The translations under genes were made by a program, and so were the position numbers. A stretch of 63,222 nucleotides of DNA, filler included, from Hausera hauseri (Eukaryota): the NCBI GenBank assembly GCA_046269625.1. It is 12 parts of 12 records of this genome, joined end to end, with 100 filler letters (N's around TTAATTAATTAA, not from the genome) between each part and the next. Parts side by side here need not be neighbours in the genome. Positions count along the whole stretch, not along the records: positions 24,302 to 29,151 come from JBJURY010414811.1; positions 29,252 to 34,840 come from JBJURY010182417.1; positions 34,941 to 39,605 come from JBJURY010484020.1; 9 more parts are not named here. One strand, given 5' to 3'. Below, piece after piece: positions 24,202 to 36,580 of the stretch. Position 1 is the first letter of the stretch; every line of letters begins with the position of its first letter. The notes beneath the pieces are model-generated. The model worked only from the letters and a program-made list of their open reading frames with translations, ran no database searches and was not told the origin of the DNA.

Positions 24202-25006
24202 NNNNNNNNNNNNNNNNNNNNNNNNNNNNNNNNNNNNNNNNNNNNTTAATTAATTAANNNNNNNNNNNNNNNNNNNNNNNNNNNNNNNNNNNNNNNNNNN
24301 NATCAACTAAAAAATAAGCAATCATATTATACAAAGATACGCATTGATTGAAGTCTGTATGAACTACCTGACAACGCTTCACCTATTTTCAATTATATGC
24401 TTTTCGTGATGTCACAAATGAACATAAACCATTAAATATTACTGCCTTAGCGACAGTTTGTTAAACGCATCTCAATCGGTTAGTTCGATGGATAGGCAAA
24501 TATCAGTTGTTTACAATGGTACCGTCAATGCTATGCGCAATTAGAATTTGTCTAATTTCTCGTCCATTGAATCGATTCTATACCAAGTTGAATTTGCGTT
24601 AATTAATCGAATATTAACTGTCGAACAAAAATGATTATTTCACCGCGTTTTTCAATGTAAAGGGTAGAAAATCCATTAATACGATGATGGTAATGCGCAA
24701 ATGAAAAACAAATGATATTTATTATTCCAATAAGTAAAACAATAGAACTCGATGATAGATGGAACATATGCAGAACATATTCCGTCCATCCATCCATCCA
24801 TCCATCCATCAATCCAATCAATAATCAGACATCATGATAATATATATATTTTACAAATCTAAAACAATCATCATCATCATTGCCACCAACACACGTTCGC
24901 GAGCGCACACACACACAAACATACACACACTCACGAATACACACAAGCATATATAGTACAATACGACACATTTCAACGTATCGCCTATGTACACACAAAC
25001 AACATG

Positions 25007-28000
25007 TTATATTTGAGAATCTAGAATCTTCTTCACGACTCCATCGACCTCGTCTGCACTGACTCCATCTCCATGATCCTAAATAAACAATAATAACATC
25101 AACATCATCATCGTTATCATTCGTTGGTGCATCTCCATCACAAACCTTGTCTACTTTCTGAATCAATTTAGCGACATCCTTACGCAAATTCGTCAGTTTG
25201 TCTTTGTAAACCGTTGTTTCCGCTTGGAAATTCGTGAACAATTTACGTAGACCTTTCTCGTAATTGTCAAAGAACTTATCCAGTGGAAATTCGGCGAGTT
25301 CTTTCGGTGTCAGCGAGTGGATAGCGTCTTTGTCAATGGGCCATTCTGGTGGCAGGAAATACCTCAGACAGACCCTGAATTGTCGTTGTCAAAAGATCGG
25401 TCAAACACTGTCTCACTTCAGATTCTCGAATACTTTCTCGGAATTGGCGAGTACGTTCGCCGATCGATGGCGAATATCGGCACTCGTCAGCGGCATCCAA
25501 ATGTCGGCATCATCCTCATTTACTGGATTATCCAATTTGACCCTCCACTGATTGTCCTTCAGCTCCTGGACTCGCCCACTGACCCATTTGTTGTTCATTC
25601 GCAACTGCACGTCCAACATTGATGCCCCTTCTGGTGTCCCGGATCCAGTCTCTTCCATCTGCAACAAGTTTCATGAGTAATCGTTATCTTCAACATGAGT
25701 AATACTCACAGGCTCCTCCTTGATTCTGTTACTATCGGATACGGATGTCGGATGTTCACCATTGACAACTGGTACGCTCGTCTGATTCTCCTGCCCTTTC
25801 TGGTTCCTCGTCGTCGGTCCACTCGACTGCGGCTGTGTGTTGTCTTTACCTCTCTTCTCTGGTGTCTTTGTCTCATTATCCTACACAACAGCATTCATCT
25901 CGTCAATCAATAAATAATGACGAACGTGGGATTTATGTTCAATTTTACCCACCGGCAATGGTTTCGTACTGGCGAATGGATTCTTCGATTCAGTGTTCGA
26001 CGATGTCGATGAATTTAATTTAGGTATTTTTGTTGCAACGACATTGTCTCGGGATTTCGTGATTGTATCCGATTTGCCTTTCCGTTGTTCCAGATTGCGT
26101 GCTGCCTTTTCCGATGGCATCGTGACTTGATGCGGCTTGAGATTTTTATTCTGCAGTGCGATTGACGGCGTTAGTCCGCCACTTTTCGATTTGCGGACTG
26201 ACGAATCCACTGATGTCGATTTTGTCGGCACATTCACCTTCTCTTGGATGGCTTTCTTGGCGACGGTTTTCACCTTCCTACTCGGTCGACTGCCTATCTC
26301 GTCATCATCGATCTCCTCCTCCTTCTCATCCTCATTGTCCTCTTCCTCATCTTCGTCTTCCTCTTCTTCGTCAGACGAATCCAACAAAAATCGCGATTTT
26401 CGGCCGCCACTTTTCCGATCACCGCCGGTTATTTTCTCCAACTCTTCTTGCTTCTTACGAATTTGCTCTTCCAGCTCAGCCTGTCGCTGTTCTTTCGTTT
26501 TGATTTTCCGTTTGAGCGTATCGACGGGGATGTTCAGTTGTTGTTCGGGCTCTGCACATTTCTTGTGCTTTGGATCGGGGTTGTCTTTACATTGCCAACT
26601 ATCGGGTACTTCTTTGCCAATGAGATTTTGCTGGAATGGTAAAACACGCCATTTCAGACATTGGTCACATTGCACACTCAAATTGACACTCATCGCTCGT
26701 TTCTTGACGAATTTCTCGTCGCCACTCGGCGGATCTCGCCATTTCGCTGATTGGTATCCGAATTTCGCCCACAGTACATCGGCACTTTTGGAGTCCATCC
26801 CGATATCGTCCCAATATTGCATCAGATGATCTGCCATCGCCCTCATCAGTGCACGGAATTCCTTGGCGTCAGCAAAGTCCTGTTTGTTGTGAGTCGGCTC
26901 CAGGACGAGATAAGGCACATTGACAATGCCGACAACTCCACGACAAGTCAATCCGCTGTCTTGTTGTGGACCAATTCGCTGGTACATTTTGATGAGTCGT
27001 GAACAATTGTATACGAACATGCCGTCACATGCACGATTTTCCAGATTCATGCCGAAGTAGAATGTGAGGGTTTTCGGTTCTTTCAGTGCTCGTTGTTTAC
27101 GGTTGTATGCGTTTTGTTTCATTTTTACCATTTCTCTCGTTTCCGATGCTTTGTTTTTGATGTATCTCACCATTTTCTAGTGATTGAAATTATTATTTTT
27201 CATAAATATTAATTTTGATAAATATTAAAATTCGTAAATATTCCATTAAGCCGTTACTCACCAACGTCTCAGCATCTGTCACATTGGCGTACCGATTATC
27301 AACGTCCCGTGCCTTACTTTCCGCTTCTCTCGCCTTCATCTCAGCTGCACATTCAAATGGCAATTAGCAACCAATTATCGGCAATTAATTCTCACCTATT
27401 TTCACCTCCTCCTTTGCACGACTCACCTCCGATTCAGCACGAGTCTTGAATGTCTTACTGGCATAATGATACATACGAGGCTTATACAGACAGCTGACGA
27501 GACGTTTTGTTTGAACTTTTCGTCCTTGGAGATAGACCTTCATACGAGGATCTGAATAGAGAATGGACACATACGCCCGGAGACTCCGTCGTTCGGGACA
27601 CAGTCTATTAACAGATAAATGACCTATCATAAGGCATAATTGGCTTACTCGACATCGACATCAACACCAGCATTCTCACCGAGATCAGGATGAGTCAAAA
27701 TGACATCACGACTGTCACTGAATACATCCAATTCGGCTTCACCGTTGTCCAGTAATTTCATATTGTAAATGATGACCAGAGTCCCTGTTGGACCTTTGAT
27801 TTTGTCGAATTGGGAAAATAGGTCCTTTAGACATTTGAATGGCGAGTATTTCAGAATAAGTGACACTTCAAGTTCGTGTCGTTTCTTTTCTTCAGTTGTA
27901 TCCGATATCGGAGATTTATCCGATGTTCGGAATGACGGCAATGGTACGATAACCTCGTCGATCTTCTCCTCCTCGTGGAAAGTCCGTGAAAGAAATAGAC

Positions 28001-28204
28001 ATGTTAAGATGCCGTCTTTCTTCGTGAATAGGATCATGTCGTTACCAATACGCATGGAGCCGCTGTCGATTGTTGGTTAGTAAATAATCGCCAATGGAAA
28101 TTAGAATACTCACGATTTGAGACCGTTACCGTACATGCCAATAGCCGTTGACTCTTCGGCTTTCTTGACGGATTTGCCGAATATGATAACAGCTCGTGTT
28201 TCGT
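25007..28204 (-). CDS. MORC2: MORC family CW-type zinc finger ATPase MORC2, 9 visible exons, N-terminal ATPase exons missing
   Basis: Exons 28204-28114, 28062-27649, 27604-27396, 27344-27262, 27176-25953, 25880-25710, 25658-25417, 25374-25146 and 25078-25007 join in frame through GT-AG introns of 42-85 nt. Motifs: [31 protein letters not shown] finger QCDQCLKWR...WQC...C, and MORC2-type C-terminus CLRYFLPP. Confidence 0.93.
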
Positions 28205-28548
28205 CTGAAATGAGTAAAATAGTCTGATGCAGTAGGTGTCTTTATTAAAATCATTGACCACAGAGATTAAAATTACTTTGAATATAAAAATTGTAAAGAA
28301 TGTTTTAAATCAAAACATGTTATGGGGATACAAAATAAGTTAATTTATATTGGAATTGACCAAGCGTAATTGAGTAATTTATATAGAAATATTGCTATAT
28401 AGTCATTAATTTTCACAGTTTCATACTATAAAGGAAAATTTTCGGAATTTATGTAACAGGTTTCGTGTTTTCTAATTTTAAAATATCAAATTATATGGAT
28501 TCAAATAAAGGTATTTCAATTAATAGATATATTTCAACGTTTTATTAG

Positions 28549-29079
28549 AAAACTTTGAGTCATTGAATAGTTTGGAAATTGAATGCAGTAATCTCATACA
28601 TTTGACGAAATTCATTGTCAAAGACATTGAAAGTATCAGTCAAATTGAGTCGTCAATTCAATGAAGATTATCCGTTGATTATTTGGTTACTTAGAGTTAT
28701 CGAGTGTGTTATGAAGTATGTGTTATTGAATCCTATTCCGATTTCCACTATGGATATATTCGATCCGTAGGCGGTTATTCCTGAATTGGGAAATTATTTA
28801 TTGAGTTCTGACTTGATTGAAACTATCTATGAGATGGATTTTAAAAGTGGCATAAATAGGTTTCGCGCATGGTTCAAATTTGCCTTAATGCAGTAGCAAC
28901 TTGAAAATTATTTTAGCCTTTTAACAGAACAGTCTGATTTGTTAGAACAACATTATTACCCTGCCGCACTTCTATTACAAGAAGGCGGTATAGAAATATC
29001 TGGCTTACTTGTGGGACTGTCCGTTATTGACTGTAATTTTGTTAAATTAAAGGAAACCGGATTAGAAATTGATTCATAT
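28549..29079 (+). pseudogene. RUN-domain exon of a RUFY-family gene with one frameshift and two TAG stops
   Basis: IECSNLIHLTKFIVK / NEDYPLIIWLLRVIECVMKY...DP*AV...RFRAWFKFALMQ*QLENY...YYPAALLLQEGGIEISGLLVGLSVIDCNF matches the RUFY RUN pattern; gtatg donor at 29080. Confidence 0.8.
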
Positions 29080-29251
29080 GTATGCTTTGTTTTTCTTTTT
29101 ATTGTATGTTTATTTAATAAATAATTAACTAAAAAGCAAATAACCCAATATNNNNNNNNNNNNNNNNNNNNNNNNNNNNNNNNNNNNNNNNNNNNTTAAT
29201 TAATTAANNNNNNNNNNNNNNNNNNNNNNNNNNNNNNNNNNNNNNNNNNNN

Positions 29252-32200
29252 TCCCTATGTCTCTCTCCATCTCTTTCTCTCTCCCTCCCTCCCTCTCTCC
29301 CTCTCTCAATCCCTTTCTCTCTCTCCCACTCTCCTCTCACTCTCTCTGCCTCTCTCTCACCCTCTCTATCTCCCTTCCTCTCTCCCTCCCTCTCTCTCTC
29401 TCCATCCCTTTCTATCTCTCTCCTTCTCTCTCCGTTCCTCTCTCTTTTTCTCTCTCACCCTCTCTCCCTCCCTCTTTCTCTCCCTCTCTTTCGCTCTCCC
29501 TCTCTCTCCCTCCCTCTCTCTCTCAATCCCTTTCTCTCTCTCCCACTCTCATTCTCTCACTCTCCCTCCCTGCCTCTCTCTCTCCTTCCCTCTTTCTCTC
29601 TGTCCCTCTCTATCCCTGTCTCTCTCTCCCTCCCTCTCTCTCTCTTTCTCAATCCATTTCTTTCTCTCTCACTCTCGTTCTCTCACTCTCTCTCTCTGCT
29701 TCTCTCTCACCATCTCTCTTTCTCCTTTTTCCTCTCTATATCTCCTTCTCCCTCGCTTTCTCCCTTCCGCTCTTTCGCCCGCTATTTCTCCCTCCCTCCC
29801 TGTTTCTTTCTTTCTCTCCTCCTCTCTCTCCCTCTATTTGTCCCTCTCTCCCTGTCCCCCTCTCCCTGTCCCCCTCTCCCTGTTTCCCTCTCTCTCCCTC
29901 CCTGCCTCACTTTCTCCCTCCGTCTTTCTCTCTCTGTCTCTCTCTCTGTCTCTCTCCCTGTCTCTCTCTCTCCCTCTCTCTCTCTCTCGCAATCCATTTC
30001 TCTCTCTCCCACTCTCTTTCAATCTGCCTCTCTCCCTGCCTCTCTCTCACCCTCTCTCTCTCCCTTTGTCCCTTTTTCTCCCTCCCTTTCTCTCTCTGCC
30101 ACCCTCTCTCTCCTTTTCTCCCTTGCTCTCTCCCTCTTTCTCCCTCTCTCTCTAACTCCCTCTCTACCGCACTTTCTCCCTTTCTCCCTGCCTCACTCTC
30201 TCCCTCCCTCCTCTCTCTCATTCTTTCTCCCTCTCTCTCTCACTCCCTCTCTCCCGCACTGTTTCCCTCTCTCCCTCCCTCCCGCTCTCTCTCTCTCATT
30301 CCNNNNNNNNNNNNNNNNNNNNNNNNNNNNNNNNNNNNNNNNNNNNNNNNNNNNNNNNNNNNNNNNNNNNNNNNNNNNNNNNNNNNNNNNNNNNNNNNNN
30401 NNNNNNNNNNNNNNNNNNNNNNNNNNNNNNNNNNNNNNNNNNNNNNNNNNNNNNNNNNNNNNNNNNNNNNNNNNNNNNNNNNNNNNNNNNNNNNNNNNNN
30501 NNNNNNNNNNNNGCTCTCTCTCCTTTTTTTCCTCTCTTCTTTTCGCTCTCTGTTTCTCCTTCTGTTTACCTCTGTCTCCCTCTATCCATCTCTCTCTCCC
30601 TCCGTCCCTCTGTCTCTATCTCCCTTTCGCCGCCTCTCTTTCTCTGTTTGTCTGTCTCTCTCTCTCTCCATTTCTTTCTCTCTCTCTCTCCTTCTCTCTC
30701 TGTCTCACTGTGTCTCCCGCTCTTTCTCCCTCCCTCTCACTCTCCCTTTCTTCCTCTCTCTCTCCCTCTCTGTCCCTCTCTTTGTCTGTCGCTCTCTCCC
30801 GCTCTTTCTNNNNNNNNNNNNNNNNNNNNNNNNNNNNNNNNNNNNNNNNNNNNNNNNNNNNNNNNNNNNNNNNNNNNNNNNNNNNNNNNNNNNNNNNNNN
30901 NNNNNNNNNNNNNNNNNNNNNNNNNNNNNNNNNNNNNNNNNNNNNNNNNNNNNNNNNNNNNNNNNNNNNNNNNNNNNNNNNNNNNNNNNNNNNNNNNNNN
31001 NNNNNNNNNNNNNNNNNNNNNNNNNNNNNNNNNNNNNNNNNNNNNNNNNNNNNNNNNNNNNNNNNNNNNNNNNNNNNNNNNNNNNNNNNCTGTCTCTACC
31101 TATCTATCTCTCCCTCTCTCTATCTCTTTCTCTCTCCCTCGCTGTTTCTCTCTCTCTCTCTCCCCCTCTTTCTCCCTCTCTGTCTCGCTCTCTCTTTCTC
31201 TCGCTTTCTCTCCGTCCCTTTCTCTCTCCCTCTCTCTCCCTCTCCTTTTCTCCCTATCTCTCCCTCTGTTTCCCTCTGTCTTCCTCTATCCCTCTCTCGC
31301 TGCCACTCCTTCCATCTGTCTATCTCTCCATTTCTCCCTCTCTGTCTCTCTCTCTCTTTCCCTTTCTCCTACTCTCTCTCTCTTTCGCACATTCTCCCTC
31401 TATCTCTCTCTATCTCTCTCTCCCGCTCTTTCTCAATTTCTGTCCACTTCTCTCTCGCTCTCTCTCTGCCTCTCTCTCTGTCTCTCTTTCTCTATCTCTC
31501 TCTCTCCCACTCTCTCTTAGTCTCTCTCTCTGTCTTTCTCTCTCACATTCTCCCGCTCTTCTCCCNNNNNNNNNNNNNNNNNNNNNNNNNNNNNNNNNNN
31601 NNNNNNNNNNNNNNNNNNNNNNNNNNNNNNNNNNNNNNNNNNNNNNNNNNNNNNNNNNNNNNNNNNNNNNNNNNNNNNNNNNNNNNNNNNNNNNNNNNNN
31701 NNNTCTCTCCCTCTGATTCCATTTGTCTACCTCTATCCCTCTCTCTGCCACTCCTTCCCTCTGTCTCTCTCTCCTTTTCTCCCTTTCTGTCTCTCTCTGT
31801 CTCTCTCTCTCTCTTTCCCTTTCTCCCACTCTCGCTCCGTCTCTTACTCTCTCTCTCTCTTTGACTCTCGCTCTGTCTCTCGCTCTCTTTCTCCTTCTCT
31901 CTCTCCCGCTCTTTCTCACTCTCTCTCCCTTTCTCTCTCTCTCCTTTTCTCCCTCTCTCTCTAAATCTGTCTCCCTCTATCCCGCCCTCTCCCTCCGTCC
32001 GTTCCTATCTCCCTCTCTCCCCTGCCTCTCACTAGTCCTCTGTTTCTTTCCCCTTATCCCTCTCTCTCTCCCTATTTGTCCGTATCTCGCCCTTTCTCTC
32101 TCCCGCTCTTTCTCCCTCTCTCGCCCTCTCTCTCTGTCTCTGTCTCTGTCTCCCTCTCTCTCTCTCCTTCTCTCCTTCTCTATCTCCCTCTGTCTCCCTC

Positions 32201-34840
32201 TCTCTCCGTATATCCGTCTCTCTAGCCCCCTCTCTCTTTAGCCCTTTCTCTTTCTCTTCCTCCCGCTCTTTCTCTCTCTCTCTCTGTCTCTCTCTCCCTC
32301 TCTTTCTCCCTGTCTCTCTCCCTCTTTCTCTCCCGCTCATTCTCCATCTTTCTGTATTTCTTTCTCTCTCCCTCTCTCTTTCTCCTTCTCTTTCTCCCTC
32401 TCGCGCTGGCGCTCATTCTCCTCCTCCTCTCTCCCGCTCTTCCTCCCGCTCTTTCTCCAATTCTCTCCCTCCCTCTGTCTCTCTCTCCCTCCCTCCCTCA
32501 CTCTCTTTCCTTCCCTCCCTCTCGCCCTCTCGCCCTCCCTCCCTCTCTCTCTCCTCTCTCCCTTCCTTTCTCTCTCGCTTTCTGTCTCTCCCTCTCTCTC
32601 CCTCCATTCCTCTCTCTCTCAATCCCTTCATCTCTCTCTCTCTCACTCTCGATCTCTGCCTCTCTCTCACCTTCTCTATCTCCCTTTCTCCCTCTCTCTC
32701 TCCCTTTGCCTCCTGTCTATCTCCGTCCCTGTCTCCCTCTCTCTCCCTCTGCTTCCACCTGTCTTCCTCTATCCCTCTCTCTCCCACTCCGTCCCTCTGT
32801 CTCTCTCTCCCGTTCTCCCTCTCCCTCTCTCTCTCTCCCTTTTTCGCTATCTCTCTCTCTCTTTCGCTTTCTCCCTCTCTCTGTATTTTGCACTTTTTCC
32901 CTTTATCTCTACCTCTCTCCCTCTCCCTCTCTCTCTACTGCTATCTCTCTCTCTTCCGCTCTTACTCTCTTTCTCTCTCTGTACCTCTCTCTGTCTCTCC
33001 CGCTTTTTCTCGCTCTCTCTCTCCCCTTTCTCCCCTTTCTCCCTCTCTCTCCCCCTTTCTCCCTCTCTCTCTCCCTTTCTCCCTCTCTCTCTCTCCATTT
33101 CTCCTCTCTCACTCTGTCTCTCTCCCCCTTTCTCCCTCTCTCTATCTCTCTCTCCCTTTCTACTTCTCTCTCTGTCTCTCTCCCCCTCTCTGTCTCTCTC
33201 CCGCTATTTCTCTCTCTCTCTTCCTCTATCCCTCTCTCTCTCCCCTCCGTCCCTCTGCCTCTCTCTCCCGTTCTGCCTCTCCCTCTCTCTCCCTCGCTGT
33301 CTTCCTTTCTCTCTCCCCTCTCTCTCTATCTCTCTCTATCCCTCCCTCCCTCCCTATATATCTCTCACCCGGTCTTTCTCCCTGTCTTTCTCTCCCTTTC
33401 TCTCTCTTTCCCTCTCTCTCTGTCTCTCCCGCTGTTTCTCGCTCTCTCTCACCCGCCCTATCTTTCACTCGTTCTCCCTCTATATCGCTCNNNNNNNNNN
33501 NNNNNNNNNNNNNNNNNNNNNNNNNNNNNNNNNNNNNNNNNNNNNNNNNNNNNNNNNNNNNNNNNNNNNNNNNNNNNNNNNNNNNNNNNNNNNNNNNNNN
33601 NNNNNNNNNNNNNNNNNNNNNNNNNNNNNNNNNNNNNNNNNNNNNNNNNNNNNNNNNNNNNNNNNTCTCTCATTTTCTTCCGCTCTCTCTTTCTCCCTCT
33701 CCCTCTGCCTTTCTCTCTCTCCCTTTCTGTCTCTCTCTGTCTTTCTCTGTCCCGCTCTTTCTTCCTCTGTCGCTCCCCCTCTCCCTGTCTCTCTCTCTAT
33801 CTCTCTCGCCCTCCCTCTCTCTCTCCCGCTCTTTCTCCCTCTCTCTCCCTCACTGTCTCTCTTTCTCTCTCCCCTCTCTCTCTATCTCTCCCTATCCCTC
33901 CCTACCTCCCTCTCTATCTCTCGCCCGGTCTTTCTCCCTGTCTCTCTCTCACTTCCTCTCTCTCTCCCGCTCTTTCTCCCTCTATCTCGCGCTCTCTCTA
34001 TCTCTCTCTTTCTCTATCTCCCTCCCTCTTTCTCTCTTTTCCCCTCTCCCTGTCTCTCTCCCGCTCTTTCTCCCTCTCTGTCTCTCTCTTCCTTTCTCCA
34101 TCTNNNNNNNNNNNNNNNNNNNNNNNNNNNNNNNNNNNNNNNNNNNNNNNNNNNNNNNNNNNNNNNNNNNNNNNNNNNNNNNNNNNNNNNNNNNNNNNNN
34201 NNNNNNNNNNNNNNNNNNNNNNNNNNNNNNNNNNNNNNNNNNNNNNNNNNNNNNNNNNNNNNNNNNNNCCCCCTATATCCCTCTCTCGCCCTCTCCATCC
34301 CTATGTCTCTCTCCCTTTCGCCTCCTCTCTCTGTCTGTCTGTCTCCCTCTCTCTCCATTTCTTTCTCGCTCTCTCTCCCTCTCTGTCTCTGTTTCTGTCT
34401 CTCTCTTTCTCTCGCCGTTTCTCCCTATCTCTCACTGTATCTCTCCCTCTCTCTCTTTCTCGCTCCCTCTCTTTCTTTCTCTTTGTCTCTTTCTCTCTCT
34501 CCTTCTTTCTCTCTCTGAATCCCGCTCTTTCTTCCTCTACCACTCCATCTCCTTCTTTCTCTCCCTCTCTCTCTCTATCTCTCTCTCCCTTCCTCTCCCT
34601 CTACCGCTTTTTCTCCCTCTCCCTCTCTTCTTGTCCTGCTCTTTCTCCCTCTCTCTCTCCTTTTCTCCCTCTCTCTCTCCCTTTCTACCCCTCTCTTTCT
34701 TCCCCTCTCTCTGTCTCTCTCCCGCAATTTTTCCTCTCTCTGTCTCTCTCTCCCTTTCTCCCTCTCTGTCACGCTCTCTCCCTCCCTCTCTCTCTCTTTC
34801 TCTGTCTTTCTCTCTCACTGTCTCCCTCTCTCTTGCTCGC
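29252..34840. repeat. Degenerate (CT)n polypyrimidine low-complexity block with internal N gaps
   Basis: Overwhelmingly C/T on the + strand; recurrent cccgctctttctccctctctc motif. Confidence 0.97.
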
Positions 34841-35201
34841 NNNNNNNNNNNNNNNNNNNNNNNNNNNNNNNNNNNNNNNNNNNNTTAATTAATTAANNNN
34901 NNNNNNNNNNNNNNNNNNNNNNNNNNNNNNNNNNNNNNNNGTGTTAAAATGTCTGATCATAAATTAGCATAATTCTATTTCTGCTACACTACGTATAGAA
35001 ACTTTATTCTCATGCTTCCCATGCTAAATAGACTTCAATTTTTGATCAAACGTAAAGTCCGCATAACAGTACTTATCAGTTAAAAGTTATTAAACATGTC
35101 AGTTTTAGAGACATTAGATTACTATTTGAAGTGAGTTACTTTAAAACAAAAAGCACTTTGTTTTATATATTTCATCTAAACTTGTTTTTGAACTCGGCCA
35201 T

Positions 35202-35333
35202 TTAACCCTTAAATGCACAATTTTTTTTAAAAATTTTTCTGAGAATTAATTAATATATTCAGGAAACAAAATTATAACGCCCAAAAATTGTATGTTACAG
35301 ATCTACAACACCATGTATTTAATGGTTATTAAT
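35202..35333. mobile_element. Possible piggyBac-type end or MITE
   Basis: TTAA|CCCTTAAATGCA start and imperfect inverted copy catgtatttaatggtta near 35312-35328. Confidence 0.35.
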
Positions 35334-36077
35334 CCAATACTTTTTTCTGAATCTTAGTAAAATATTTGAATGTTTTTAAATGACACGCAACCCATTGATC
35401 GAAATCGAATATACATTATTTTGAAATAATTATTGAACAATACGAGAAAAATAAAAAACCTTGACCCAATTCTCCTCTAAAATTAATTAAGTGGTTTGCA
35501 CTGTTATCTCATTTAAAATATTTTTGAAATAGTCACTAATTTGTGCATGGAAATTAGTTATATGGATATTATTTTTTGCAAGTAAAAACGATTGCTTACA
35601 AATGTTGCATAACTTTGAACTTCCTCAATTACTCCTTAAAATTTTAATTTATTTGTCCAACCACTGAGGTTCGATTTCCAATATGTCGTTATTGTTCTGT
35701 GTATAATACAACTTATATATATATAAAATTACTATTCAATTCACCAATATTCCTTCACTTATGAATAAATATTGGTTTTATGCGTAAACAACCACAGAAT
35801 ACAAGCAAACAATGAACAGTTTTTTATAGTTCGGTAGAAGGTCAAGAACACGCGATAAACCAAATTTTAATGACAGAAAAATGGTAAAATATTTCATCAA
35901 ATCGTATAATTAACCTTCTATCCATTCGTATCTAAATGTCCCTTCTCGTGCATTTTGTATGCAACATTTAAATCAGGCATTATCCTGAATCTTATAGTTG
36001 ACAAATTGTTTGACCACGTTTGGAAATTATGTATGTATAAAGGACTATACCAAAAGGCGTATACTAAAGGAATATTC

Positions 36078-36580
36078 ACAGAGACGTACAAAATATAATG
36101 CTGATTAATAATATGAAAAATATTTCTTTAAAAAAAAGACTTTAAATGTAACAGCATTTCGCACTTGTTCAAATTTCCCACACTAGGTTTATGAATTTTT
36201 GACTTTGGTAAAATTTTAGATCATTTTCTCGAGATAAAATTCTTATAATATTCGATTTATAGTGATTTCTGGAAGTACAGTCATATTTAGTTCTATTGGT
36301 TCTATTAATTGTTTCATATTCGCATATTTCATATATACATAAGTGATTACAGACTCCAAGCCGAAGATTTGCTAGAAATTTCCTATTTCGGCAGAATATA
36401 AAGGAAATATTTAAAGAATAATAACTCGAGAAGAGTTCAAAATCCATAAATGTGATGGGAGAGATTTGAACAAGTGCGAAATGCTGTTATATTTGAAAAC
36501 CTCAAATGAGTTATTCCGGCTTCCTTGGCAAAAAATATTTTTTATATTATTAATCAGTACTGTTTTGCACGCCTATCTGA
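36078..36580. repeat. Inverted repeat arms (~100 bp, 26-bp perfect core) around a ~270-bp spacer
   Basis: taacagcatttcgcacttgttcaaat (36149-36174) and its exact reverse complement (36464-36489); flanks also align imperfectly. Confidence 0.85.

Noticed and set aside
26137-26829. 230-aa + strand ORF
   Set aside because: Antisense shadow of the large MORC2 exon.
29257-34892. Long L/S/P-rich and R/E-rich ORFs (up to 819 aa)
   Set aside because: Artefacts of stop-poor CT/GA low-complexity sequence and N runs.
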